Origin: Chara braunii
Lineage: Eukaryota; Plantae; Charophyceae
Assembly: GCA_003427395.1 (NCBI GenBank)
Contig: BFEA01000022.1
Span: forward strand, 2,629,608-2,693,607
Direction of reading: 5' to 3'
DNA length: 64,000 bases
Shown here: positions 12,896-26,380 of the stretch, one piece after another
Layout of the letters: each line of letters begins with the position of its first letter
How positions within the stretch are numbered: position 1 is the stretch's first letter
Program-made: the position numbers and the translations under genes
The notes under the pieces: model-generated
What the model was told of the DNA's origin: nothing
Databases searched by the model: none
What the model saw: only the letters and a program-made list of their open reading frames with translations

Positions 12896-13519
12896 TCACT
12901 CATCCCTCTCAAGTCTAGTCCTCAATCCCTCATTTGACTGTGTGTCTTTGTGCCTTGGATGATGCCCATGTACTTCTTGAGATTGTGGTCTAGAGATGAA
13001 GAGCCACCTAAAGCCCACAAGTTCCGAATATGTCGATCCAAAACCGAAGATACGAAAGTCAACCGTAGCACGTAATTCCTCCCATAGTGTAGGAAGATAT
13101 GGTTTGGAGAAGATCCCTCGTCTGAGATGCTGGGATGAGGGTTCAGTCACTACCTTGTAGTCAATCTCTGCAGGGGAGATATACTTCTTGGTCAAATTAA
13201 TCAGGTCACCCCAACAAGAACCATCTGTGAGAAGGAAAGGATCTGGAGGCCTGGGAAAGTCAACGTAGAGCTTGGGTCCAAAGCTATGGATCAACTTTGT
13301 GACACTCTCATCAAGTGTTAGCTCTCTTTCCTCGAGATATTTGGCTGCTGCGATCCAGACTGAATCAAAGTGCTCACGAGTTTCCTTGCCTTTCTTCACA
13401 TAGATCATCAAGTCATGAATAGTACCTTCTGCAAACTCAATGAGAAAAGATTGACAGATCTTCTTGTCTGAAAACGACTGCACTGACATATCAGTACTGG
13501 AAAGCATCCTTGAGAGCAT
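12896..13519 (-). CDS. 207-aa ORF of unknown function (possibly part of a longer disrupted ORF extending to ~13860)
   Basis: ATG start and normal globular-protein composition in otherwise non-repetitive DNA. No family recognised. Confidence 0.3.
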   Translation of the reverse strand: MLSRMLSSTDMSVQSFSDKKICQSFLIEFAEGTIHDLMIYVKKGKETREHFDSVWIAAAKYLEERELTLDESVTKLIHSFGPKLYVDFPRPPDPFLLTDGSCWGDLINLTKKYISPAEIDYKVVTEPSSQHLRRGIFSKPYLPTLWEELRATVDFRIFGFGSTYSELVGFRWLFISRPQSQEVHGHHPRHKDTQSNEGLRTRLERDE

Positions 13520-16500
13520 TTTGGTTGAGACTAGTCAATACTGACTCACTGACAGGGAATGAGTGAATTGTACTCATGTGCAAAGATGGATACTGAGACG
13601 GATCTCAATGTCTTTTGATGAAAATACGGCCTTATTGATGTCAATCCTTGTGACGGTTGGAAGAAACTGAATAACGATAGACCTTGGCTGAGGGTCACTG
13701 ATAATGTCTCAGATGACTTGATGTTGTCGAGTAACAATCAATGAGAAAAATAATCCCTCCATTGTTGATAACAGTTGGCAATTCTCTTCATTGAGCCCTC
13801 TCAAGCATAAGTTTTGAGTCTACTCCCCCGTCGGATTATGAATGGTTCTCCAATCTTAGCTACTGTTTGTTTCGCTTATTGAGGCATACTAGCCCAAGTC
13901 CAAGCTCGGAAACTTTAGTTATCTCAGGTCTGCGAGTCACTCTTTAAAAGTACGACGACCCGAATTCTAAGCCTGTCTTCCTACAAGTTTTGTACAAGAC
14001 CAGACAACTTCGATAACCCTGTCTTCCCACCACCTTATCTTTGTAGCGTGTGCAAGACAAACTTAGGGAGACAGTTGACTACAAAACTGCCAACTGCGAG
14101 GTCTCTATTTTATTGTTCAGTTGATCCGAACCTCCACTCAAAGACTGCGGAATGCTAACTTTTTTCGAGAATACTGAAAATCGACTGTCCGTCAAAGCAG
14201 TAAGAACACAGCTCGGTACACACTCGGAGTAGGACAGTGCCGGACAACCCTACCGTGCTCAGCACGAGAGAATCATCAACCCCAACTTCCTGCCCATATA
14301 CAGACTAGGGTATATTTTAAGTAGAGTGCGTATTACGGTCGTACAAAGTACAAAGCGTGACTTGCATAGTCAACACTCGTCATTGTGTGTTGATTGACTC
14401 TACTCTAACCCATACATTGAGCTAGATGTTGTCAATTGTAGCCTTTGATCACTTACGGCTGTAGGTGCTATAGATCACAATCACCATTCAAGTATGGCTT
14501 TGGATGTTGTGGATCATAGTCACTGATTATGCACAATGCACAGAGTTGCCAGTTTCGACCCTTGTCCCTAAGTTGAACTGTGTACTACTGACTACAACTT
14601 TCACTCGAATACTACGCAGGGCAATGCTTGCGATGTCTCGACTCAAATGTTGCGCTATCTTTGGGGATATTCCGCAGCTCAAATAGTACACATAATATTA
14701 CTAAAAAGGTTGCTCCCCTCAACAGGCCAGCACACAGTGACAAACACTGCTCTAAATCGGATGTAGAGTGTCACTTATTGTGATCCAAGTAGAGCGGGAT
14801 GTGATTAAGCTCAGTGTCAGTTCAGCAATAAAGAAACGAGATAACTTTTTGGGGGTCTTGCCCAGAGACGATTGCATGATAGATAGTTAGATAAATACAT
14901 AAATAAATATTAAATAATAAGTAAATACATAAATAGAAAGGAGATTTGAAACGTTAGGCACCTATTACCCGAAATAAGCCCCACCAGATAACTTCAATCA
15001 GCGTATAGCTGGCCTAGTTACCCCCAGAGGAATATCCGCCTTAATATTGCTTTTGCAATTACGCACAGGATCAAAATTTTATCCTCAAGTGTTGCACTGC
15101 GGGTGATCCTGGCTCTTTTGGTTTATGATAGCCGCCTGCACTCACTTCCCATTAGAATATAATTTAGGAATAATTACAGATAAAGTACACATCAGGATTG
15201 ACGATAATTAATCACCAAACAGGCTTTTTTAGGACAGCTCATTTTTGGCTCATTGATCGTGGTCAAAAAATTGAGGGAAGGGAAAAGTTTACTCTCAATT
15301 CAATTGAACTCTCCAAACAGGCTTACTTGACTCTTTAGTTTTCACAAACACTCAATCATGCTTGATCAATTTAACACTTAGAACCTACCGACTCAGGCTT
15401 TATTTGGTAGGAACATATCACATTGATCATCGGCAAAAGGGTGAAAACGAGTGGAAACAATTGATTCGAAGTTGGGAATAGGAAGAACTCTTATCTGAAC
15501 ACTTCGATCATGGCGGCTTATTTTCACCATCAACGTTTCAGATTAGGAACCGAGTATCTCGTCGACAAGAAAGTCTAGTAACCCACTGGAAGTAATTGTC
15601 GACTGAGATTTTATTCGATGGCGCTTTGCATATTAGCATCTCACTCAAGTGTGAGGCGATTATCAAAGATATGTCTCCAATAACTCTTCTCCGCCAAACC
15701 ACAACCGAGAGTTGGTGTCTGGGGTACTTTTAACTGATAATTCATCGTACACAATCACTTGTTAGTTGAATCATCTGGCTCAGGCTCATAACGCACATTC
15801 AACATCAACACCATTTTCCATGATCGTCCGACCAAACAGAATCTGATCGCTCACTCACTTCACGTACTAGTTTCGCCCACTTCATGACCTCTTGAGAAAA
15901 AACTCCAAATCGAGAAAATTAATCAGACTGAAGTTCAGGCAACAAACAACATGTAAAGTAGACCCTATAAGGCAGTTGGTAACATCAGTACCGCGCTCGC
16001 ACAAGAGGTCTATCCCCACGGGATTTGACTTCATGTAACACTTCCTCTCGCTATACCTCTCTCACAGAGCATCTATTATCCCTGCGAGTGGATTATCGTT
16101 TTTCCCAAACGTTGTCAGTAACCACCTCTAATCCAACCACTAATGTCATAGGAAGAGTACAGATCTCCCACTCGGTGCACCAATAGACGCTAGACATGAT
16201 GCACACATGGTCCAACAGACAGAGAATTATTGTGGGAGATATTAATTAACCATTCACTCATAGTGCTCCAAGAAAAGACAGTCAGTTCCCCTTCTCAAGC
16301 GTATATTGATAGTGCTTCGATCATTGCTTCGCTCATGTCTCATCACAACAGAGATCGAGGTAATATGCAGGTAGCACAACAGGCCAAAAGGACGTAGATG
16401 ACAAAAACCACGCCAAAGTAATGTTGATACTCGAGCCTCATCGTACAAGTCCGCCCCTCTTTCATTGATTGGGATGAAGACGGTAACAGAGAGAGACATC

Positions 16501-17556
16501 ATCCTCATAATGTAAGCGCAATTCCCTCGAGCCATATGTATACACGGAGTCCAACCTTTTTTCATTCTTGTATGCCGCTGTTGTACCAAATACCCTTACA
16601 AGGGTATTTGGCGTTGTCGCGCGCATCGGTCCCGCACGGGGACCCTCCCGGCTGCGTCATGCAGGATTTGGCAGGACTTGTCGCGGAGAGCGTTTGCCGC
16701 TCCAGCCGAGTGCGCCAGCCGTACCTCTCTCGAGCCCCTACGACAGGACAGGGTCATGCGAGGCACCACTTACCTCCACCTGCGGGAGCTGTCACCATCC
16801 CTTAGGTGGGCGTATCCCTGCCGAGCTACTGAACCATATGCGAAAGCTTTTCGTATGCAATTGCAGAGGTGGCCCAACCGAGGGTGTTTCTCGTTCGCTG
16901 TAGCATAGGGGGTTACGCGTGGTCGAACGCCCAAAAATCGGACCCGTACGCGAGTCGCCGTACTGGGGGGCTGAAGTCCCAATCGCAACTCGGCGCCGGT
17001 CGATTAGGACGCACTACACACACCACGCATTACACCACAACACTCACACCTACCACTTATGACACATGGAACACACACAAACAAACACCACACACAACGC
17101 CACGATGCAACAAATCCTAGTCCCTTCAGTATCCGACCCATAACTTTGTACAGCGAAGTCAGGTAAGTATCGCGCGCTGGACTTTCGTATAAGTGTCGGG
17201 CCTGCGCATGGCCTCCTCATACCAACCAGCCATGCGGGCATATGCAAACATTCGCGCTGATGGGGTACCTTGTAGTACTCGTAGCCTCGTGGCCCTTGAT
17301 ATTTTCGAGGGTCGCGTTCGACACTCAAGTGTCAGCTGACAGGCGCTTTGAGGGGTAATCTCTCGACGCCAGACAACCATCATGTGCGTTTGAAGACCGC
17401 ACCCTCTTCTGCACCCTGTGTAGAGGGGTTGAGTAGACGGCTTTAGGCTGTCGTGGCGGTCAAACATCAAGGGGTTTGACTTTGACGGCTGCCATGGACT
17501 ATAACGTCCAACCATGAAAAACCCAAAAAAGGAAAACTCCCTCCGACTCTCATTAA

Positions 17557-18563
17557 ACCACCACTCTATGGGATAGGACGAAATTGCGCCTACCGGTAGG
17601 CCGAATTTGCGAAACGGCGTCCGGACTACCGGTACGCGAGCGTACTACTGGGTTACCCTTTTCGTCAGTCCTGTCCGTGGGCCCAGCAATTGCAAGTGTA
17701 TGATTTTTTTTATTTTTATTTTTTTTGAATGGGAAAAAAAAAAAAAAAAAAAAAATTACAAATGTCTTTTCGGATGGATCCCTGTCAGGGGCCGCTGTTG
17801 TTGCGGCGCCGTGTGCACAGAATTGCAGTTACGGTCGGATCCCCTTCGTAGGGCCTGTTGGGATGAATGTGCGAATCTGGACGCTGGGCCTGGTAGAGAT
17901 TCAGGAAAGCATATTTGCACGACGCAGCACGGGCACACAGAAACTACGAAGGGGCTTGCACACAAAAGCGACGAAGCGACGAAGGCCCTTGCTGCAACTC
18001 TTGACATGCACAAAAGACAAAAATCTTGGCGGTGTATCTTTTCGAAATGCAGTGGAAGATTCACCATCGTTTGGCACATTTCCAGAGTACTGCAGCCCTT
18101 GCCGGTGTATCTTCCCGATACCAGGGGAAGATTCACTCTCGTTTTGCACATTTCGAGAGGCCCCAAGCCAATACGGCCACGTTGGCGAAGACGTTTGTTT
18201 CTGCCCTCAACCGTTTTTTTTTTTTTTTGGCCTCACCTTCTATGCATGTGGACGCGGAAACGTGTGGCGGGACTGCAAAAAAATAAAACAAGGCCCATGA
18301 AAATATGAAAATATAAAAGAAAAAAAATAAATTGAATGTCTGTTTTTATTTTTTTGTAGACTTCGAAAGTGTTCTGGAAAGTGGCGGCCGCCACTGTTCC
18401 CGCCTTCGACAGCAGGGAAAATCACCTGACCCCGAAGGTGTCACTAGTTCCGACTTTCCCAGGGAGCTGGGCCTGCTGTTTCGCCCACCGGTCGCCGCCC
18501 TCCCTAAATAATCGCCCGGACTCACAGGAGGGGCTATTTCCTCCTGTCCCGTAGAGTGGTGGT
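17557..18563. mobile_element. Non-autonomous TIR element with TTAA TSD (piggyBac- or Kolobok-type target)
   Basis: ttaa|ACCACCACTCTATGGGATAGGA ... TCCTGTCCCGTAGAGTGGTGGT|ttaa. Confidence 0.85.
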
Positions 18564-20445
18564 TTAAGTTAGTGGCCTCCTAGAGTGAAAGGGGTAAGCA
18601 GGCCCCAAACGATGCGCGCGCGGAGGAGGCCCAAAGTCCTACCCATAGGCTATCCGACGTCCAGGATAGTGAGACCTGTATGCGGACTCCCATAGGTTGA
18701 CTGGGGCTAGTCCTTCGCCCATGTGTCGCTTCGTGATACCAAAAACCCGAGTCTGTTGGTCATATCGCGCCTTTGGTCTCGCCGCCCGACCCATAACTTT
18801 TAGTGCGAGAATCGGAGAGTGGTGCGCGAATGGACTTAGTATAAGGTCGCGTGGACGCGGCACCCACGCATACCAATTCACTATGCAGCTCTACGTGAGT
18901 GTCTGCGATGACGGCGCATTATGCGGTGCCCACACCCAAATGGCCCCTTCTGAACCATGGGGTTATTTTCGATGCTCAGGCGTCGGTTGAGGCGCGCGCT
19001 AAGGGAGGTAACCCTTTAGCGGCGCAGAACCTGCCTGAGGCCTTTCCGTCTTCTGCACCCTGAGGTGTCCCAGAGGGTGCGGGGTAAGACGGACCCTAGG
19101 GCAGGAAAGGATTTGGAGCGGTGGTGAGTTGTCTAGCGCATCACCAGCGACACGCTAACCCTTCCGCTCGAAACTTTATCGTTTCACCAAAATAAACTTC
19201 AACGAGGAAAATAAGCAAAGCTCTTAACATCATCAGACAGAACATCGTCGAGGTTAGCCCTGAGGGGGTTACCCGAACGTACGCTTACTGCATCTGGACA
19301 AGTACAGAACAGTCTCACTCAAACACATGGTTTGCCCATATGAATCCAAGACATGATCACTCAACATAACTCAAATGAGACTCTTCCATACATACTTGCA
19401 ATCACATGACAGAATCAACCAAAGATCCACGCGCTACAAGGGGTCAACTCCAACCAACCTCTCCACTCATACCCCTTGCTTTGGCCATGCAAGCCCCAGC
19501 CTCCATCCAACCATAATTAAGTACTCAGTACCTCTGTTAAATGGCCATTCAATAAAAGTCTGGGTGAAACGTCAACAAAACAATAAAATCACCATGGCCA
19601 AAGTCTTTTTAGGTTGAGTATTGAGGGTGAATTGGGGTTGAGTCGTAGACCGACAGATCGACAACCGACCTGTTATCAGTGATAACAGAAGAATGATCCT
19701 TTTGAAGGAATAGGATGAACAGATCAAGCCTTCAAGCGAAAACATGGAAGCCTGCATCACAGTACAGGCCAAAGAAGAGTACTACTTATGCTTGTGTCAA
19801 GGGGAGAACACTCCCCCTAGTCGTAACCTAGCTCCTCTATTAGTACCAAGCCACTAAGTATCACCTCTAATCAGAATGGGTCTGCTAAGTAGCCCATAGC
19901 TGGCAGCGCTTCCCGCAGGAAAAGTGCCTTTCCATAATTTCTATAAGCTCAAAATGACTAACTCTTTTCAGATTTGTAGAAATTTCGGCAGCGCTTCCCG
20001 TAGGAACAAGAGGCTGCCAAGATTTATACGACGCTGAAAAGACGAAAAGACAAAGCACTTATACTTGGGACTAACTTCTGACACCTGCTTAACGATCCAG
20101 GATCAATGATAGCCAACACAACCTCTAGGTGAGACTGAGGGCTAGTATTGGTCCTAACTCCTAGCAGGGTCAGTCCTACCTTCATCCCAAGTTCTCCCTC
20201 CCATCATCCATCTGATCTACCTATGGCTCCAGCACTTGGCGAGCATCTAAAGCAACTATCCTATCGAAAGGACGTCCTAAGTGAGAACCCACAAGCATGC
20301 ATACACATACATCTCTCACACTTCCACATCAATTCAGCTACGTAGTTCGTTACGTCACTCAATTATTTTCCCCTTTTATGTCCCCCTTTCTTATGGCATA
20401 GGATCAGGCTGACCTGCTTAAATAAACAAGTAAGGGTACTCACAA

Positions 20446-21630
20446 TTGGACTGCCCTAACCTAAGGATATGCCCAACACATGACAAAAACGTATGTCCAG
20501 ACTGCCCCAACCTAGGGGTGCGCCCAACACAACATAACCCATAACATACAGCATATGACCAAACCGCCCTAACCTAAGGGTACGCCTGACTTCTGCTTAA
20601 CTGACGACAAGAAAGCATAAGACTAGACTGCCCCAACCTAGGGGTGTGCCTAGCCAGCCTCATACAAAGTTATATATGGCATAGGGTTAAACTGCCCCAA
20701 CCTAGGGGTATGCTTAGCCTGCCTAGCACATACACGAACGACGAATGGTTGGACCGCCCTAACCTAAGGGTACGTCCAACCCACGGAACATCAACGACAA
20801 AAGCATATCGTTAGGCCGCCCCAACCTAGGGGTACGCCTAGTTAGATTACACAGTTTAAGTTACATAAGGCATGATCTGCCTGAACAAAGTACAACGACG
20901 TATGGCTAAGCCGCCCTAACCTAAGGGTACGCTAGCCTCCGTAACAACAATTTAAGCAACCACAGATACTTGCATAAACTTTATGATTTTCCTTTTCTTC
21001 TTAGGCAGATAGTCAGACCTACCCAACCTAGGGAGACATCCAATTGTACCTTTTGTTTAGAAGGGAAAATAAAAGAAGATTTATACTAACTCTCTGCCCT
21101 CTTTTTGTTATCACGTGCATATGACTGAGCCGCCCTAACCTAAGGGTACGCTCAGCCTGCCCGAGTTACCTTCATTATACTCTTCATTCATTTCCCTTCT
21201 CTTTTTGTTCTACCCGACTTACTGACTGGCTTTCCCAACCTAGGGTGCCCAGTCTGTCAGAAATGTAAGTTCAATAATATATACCAGTTTCTATACTCTG
21301 GTTATCCATTTGGTTCATAGCTTATGGCTGAGCCGCCCTAACCTAAGGGTATGCTCAACCTTATGCCTTTGTCTCCCTCAGAAGAAACACACAGGACTGG
21401 GGTCACGCAACCTAGAATGCCCCAGTTTTGTTTCCAGAACCCACAAAAGAAACATCAGGAAGCCGACCTTCCCAACCTAGGGCGCTCATCCTCCTGTTCA
21501 GAAACCCCAAAAAGAAACAGCAGCTGGTTCGTCCAACCTAGGATAGGTCCAACCCTCAAAATCATACAGTCAGTCCCACAAACATAAAATAAACACAGCA
21601 TTGAACCCACTCAACCTAGAGGGGCCCAGC
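20446..21630 (-). repeat. Array of 16 stem-loop units (consensus CYGCCCY-AACCTA-RGGGTRYG on +) with dissimilar spacers
   Basis: AACCTA loops start at 20458, 20509, 20571, 20635, 20699, 20761, 20823, 20918, 21025, 21137, 21237, 21340, 21409, 21474, 21535 and 21613. Stems show compensatory changes. Confidence 0.9.
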
Positions 21631-24600
21631 CTTTGGTTGACCCGGTCAAGACATGCAAAACACCTTCAGCACACCTTCCCCCAGTTCAACTTTGTCTGCA
21701 TTCACTCAATTGGACATCTGATCTCTCGTATACTTGTTCCTTTAGCCTTCACAAGGATTGTCCTGACATACATAACAAAAGAGAAAAGTAATAGCTTCGC
21801 ATAGTTAAGTTCAGATAGCCCAGGGATAATACATAGGGGAAGGGATCACACAGGTTATCGAAAGTATACCTGAAGTTCCCTGCCTCCTGAACCCCGCCTG
21901 GGTTCCGGCAGAGCTCCTGCAATCGGTGGGGCAACCTCACACAGAGGCCTTGGCACGGACCTAGGGGTTGCAATCCCGCCTGCCGCCTTCCTCTCGGCAG
22001 CAATAGACTAGACTGAGACTGAGAAGGGCAGAAAGAGAAGGGTCAGACTCTCAGATACAAGAAGGGTGCTCTCAGACTCCCGTGAGAGGGCCTTGAAACC
22101 TTCAGTGCCTGAGGGCCCCGCAATGGCAGCCAATAGAATGCAGTAGAACTCCTCAACTTGCAACCAAATGCAGAATACCAACCCTTCTGATGGCCCCCCG
22201 AACAGCAGCTGCAGCCCCTCTGCTGAGTCCGACTCCTCCCTCAAAATCCCCGTACTCAAGACTGCAATTACTTAGTCTAGAACGGCCGTGTTTCGAACAG
22301 ATGCAATCAGACTCGACTTATTCACACTTTTCATGCACGTGAACAGCAGAACAGCAAACTGGCGACATGCGCCCACACTGTACTCAGAGATATCATAACC
22401 AGATAAGAGTTCTCTTGTAACTGGCTATGGCGGCTGTGCTCCCAAACAACTCGCTGCGCACACTCTGGATCACCCTGGATGTCCCACACGCAATACTCAG
22501 TACGCACATACAGTATACACACTCTTCCCCTAAGCTACAGCTATGGCGGCTATGGCCGCCGCTACCCTACTGCTATGGCTACAGCATGTCACTCTCGCCC
22601 ACTTCGTCTTCGGGCCGTCTGCAGACCTCCCCGCACAAGCTGCTGAGGCAGCGCTTCCGCATGGCTTCCGCAGGAATGAATAATGGCTGGACGCAGCCTC
22701 TTGATTTATACTTATGTGCTACGTTGGTCTGCCCTGTGTCCCTTGGCCCCTGGTGCACACAGCCCCAGACGGTACTTGCTGGACAGGACCCGACTGCCTA
22801 ACTGGGACTGTTGACTCAGCGAGGTGGCCTACCACCACTTGACCACTTGCCTCTGTTCAACACAGGCTCACTCCGAAAGGCCACTTCTAGAAACCTCTAA
22901 CTTGGCCTTTCGGTACTGTAGCAGCTACGACCTTGCCCCTTCAGGTAATTAGCGGCTACGACCTTGACTCTTCAAACAACCTACAGCTACGACCTCTGAA
23001 CTGTCTAGACTCCTACCCTACAAGTCTACAGTTCGAATCCCTCCTACCCTGTGACCTACGAAAGTCTACCTACCACTGGCGATCCTACAGGTCGCAGGTT
23101 CAAATCTACGGGTGGACATCAATACTGTACACAGGTAAGATGGGGAACTTGGGATCGAGCCCTCGGATCTGCATTCGCTACTGCGAACTGGTGAATACCG
23201 TTTCACAGAGCACACCCCCCCCGTGCTCTACTCAGCCACAGGCTGTCAACAGCCTGGCGCAGCCGTGATGCACAGCGGCAGTAGCAGCCCGCACACAGCC
23301 CACCGTATGCCCGCAGAATACACCCACAGGGACTAGCAGGCCCCCAGCAGCCGGCCACAGCAAGAGTCCGCAGCGGGAAACAGCGCACAGCCTGTGTGTA
23401 GTGGCAGCTTGTCCCAGCAGCAGCAATAGCTCGTCCGCAAAGGCCTGGCTACTCTCTCAACCTGCCGCGCTCAACAGCTGGCCAGGGTGCAGATACGTGG
23501 TCTAGAATCACGCCATTCAAATTGAAGACGCTCCGTGCTCTACCCAAGACGCAAGAGAACTCAGCAATTTGGCAAAGTGTAGTCAAAACAGTAATCCGCC
23601 TAATATAAGCTCCAACAGCAGGGTCCGACATAGATCTTCAGTAAGCTTACCGCGTCCTTAACAGTTGTGTGCAACAACTGGACACTGTACTAATGCTCAG
23701 GGCCATAACAAGGTTTAGGTCCCCATATCATCCCACAAGTACATCAGCGGTATTTGCTCAATAGCTTATCATGGTGCAGCCAGAACGTAGTGCAGCCGAT
23801 CAAACCCCTTCTTACGACAGCTGACCATTTCCTCAGACTACAATTTCGCTACCTCAGGCCAATCTGTCGCTGTGCAGCCTAGAAAGGCTTGGATCGAGTA
23901 GAGCCCGCTCTGTGCTTTATTCGCGACGTAACAAAACCCTGTACACGCTACATCCGTGCCCAATAATCGAGTATCGCCGCAGTGCCCAGCCTGCTTTTAC
24001 AAATACTTTCGTGTCACTCCCGATAGTGCACAGTTCAAAGCTCAGGCAAGGGTAGTACCACAGTTGCTCAGATCAGCACAGAAATGAGCCCCCACGAAAC
24101 CCGTAAGGCCCAACAGCAACTCAGCAGGACTGCACAGTGGTTGTAGCAAGCATGACTATCACCGGAGACACAACAACCTCTGGCATTTGACTAAAAATAG
24201 GGAGCCCAGGACAGCACAGAAAAACACATCAGTAAGCGGGACTATGCTCAATACATCTGCAGCGCCTTGCGATACAGACATGTGTGGTAATAACCTCAGT
24301 AGTTGCCCGACCATTGAGAAACACGACCCACACCAGCTGAGACACGGTATCCTGCTGTTAGGAACCCAGTCGCCCTCAGTATCAGTTCAACAGAAGGAAG
24401 AAATCTCCAGCAAATTGACACTTCGAGCATTTAGCAGCAAGATCTCTCTGAGAGAAAGGGGCAACAGCCTTAGTTACTTACAGCAACTGTCGTAACGCTT
24501 TAACCTGCGAGCTGCAGCTATCGAGAATGAGACAGATAGGCTAATGACACCTTGAAACAGCTAACTACTAACATTAAACAGGGGCCAATGGGTCTGACAG

Positions 24601-26380
24601 AAGACAGCCTTTGTCGTCTTGGGGTGAGAATCTGCCCTGCCCCCCGTGGTCCCACATGTCACACGACACTCCACCACTACAACATTCAGCCAGGCCGCAA
24701 GTTATCAGAAGTGACTCAAAGCAGCCCTTTCAGCAAAGTCACAGTAGCCCACAACGAGGCACAGCGAAATACAACAAAGGTCTAGTGCAGTACCTCAAGA
24801 GAGTGCACAGCGGCGCGCGTCGCACGGGCACAACCAGATGTACAGTGGGTGCGTAATGACTTCCCTCTCTCTATAACGCCGGCGCTGGTACTAATCTGTT
24901 GTGGAAGTTGGGTTAGTGCAAGTCACCCCTCCCCTAGATCCCAGGAAGAGGTATTGGCACTCCTCTGCTACTGCATCCCCCCCTAATACTCCCCTACCTG
25001 TTCAACTCTCTCATACCTCCTCCTCCTTGCTTGTCACTCCTCCCACTAACACTTGTTACTATTACTATTATTATTTATTATTATTACTTCTACTCTCTCG
25101 ACATAACTGGCCAGTACTGATACGAAATCAGAGCCACTACTCGATATGTCCCTCACTGTTCACGATGCCTGGCTGTAATAGTGGCCAGGTTCAGGGATTT
25201 CAGCCACAACAAACCAACGCGACCTGTAATGGAGCATGACGAGCAATGGGGACGGTTGCTTGGGAACGGAGAAAACCAACCCCCATAAGGAGATGAAGGG
25301 CATGTACTGGGTTCTGGTAATGGACACGAGAACTAATGCCTAGATAGATATCACACCATGGGCAAAAAAACGAAACCTGATTCTTCACAAAAAAAAGAAA
25401 TGGAAAACTTCAATGGCTGGCTCCAAGCTCTCGGCCATGGTGGCGCAGCCCCATCCCCCTTTACCGACCAAACCGCTGTTCAGAGTGCCTTAAAACCCCC
25501 ATATAGCATCTTCCCCCACTCCTTTTCACCAAGAAATGAGAAATTTACAGCGTTTTTCCTCCTTGTCCTTCGTCTGCCCTCTCTCTTCGACACTCCCCGC
25601 GCACCTCCTTTTTTTGTTCCTCCTCTTCCTACCAATCTTCCACCCAGACTAGCTACGGGCTCCGAGTCGCCCACCTCAAAATGCCTTATCCATCACCTCT
25701 CCCTGTTCGATCCCTCGAAGGACTAGCAAGACTACCACTCTTCACTCCTCGTTTTCTCCCTCTCCACTCACCACATTTCCATGGCTCTCTTCTGATGTAC
25801 CTGGCGCAGGTCCGCGCCCAGCTTCATTTATTTCTTGTTCCAACTCCTCCGGGGGTGCGTGAGCTTTGTCCTTCTCCTGCTATTCGCTGCTATCCGCTGA
25901 GTGGCTTCAGCCCCCCTTCGCCATCTTCAATCTTCTTCCCAACACGCCTGGTCGCCCTCCCGTCCAGGTTCATACTCCTTTTGCTGTCATCCCCCTCGTT
26001 TCCCTTCACTCTTTTTTCTTTATTTCTAACTCCTCCTACCTCTTTCCCAACACTGCCACCCTCTCCCTCCTGTGAACATACGCTCTCTTTGCACGTACTT
26101 AGCGTAGTTCAATGGCCAGATTCATCCCCCCCCCCTTACTAACTGTGCCTGGCCCTACTACTCAGCGTGATACTCCGATCCCGAGCCCCGGCTCAGTCAC
26201 TTGCTGCTTGCTCCGCCATAGCCCCGGCCCTCCTGTCTGTACGCACTCGGTGGGGAAACCGCCCAGATTCAGCCCTCCTTCGCCTGTCTGCCTGCCCCCT
26301 CTGTGTAGCGCAGCGTTCAGCGTAGTCCTGGTCGGGAGGCAGCATAGCACCGACAATCATTGTTTGCAGCACCGACTGTC

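Noticed and set aside
16828-16868. Group II intron domain V resemblance (GAACCATATGCG...)
   Set aside because: The lower stem cannot pair and there is no AGC/CGC triad or domain VI.
20455-21350. Interstitial telomeric repeats (CCCTAACCTAA)
   Set aside because: Most units read CCCAACCTAGG or other variants with compensatory changes, so pairing rather than the telomere motif is conserved.
20446-21630. True CRISPR array
   Set aside because: Eukaryotic TE context, no cas genes, degenerate repeats and irregular spacer lengths. Kept as a stem-loop array instead.
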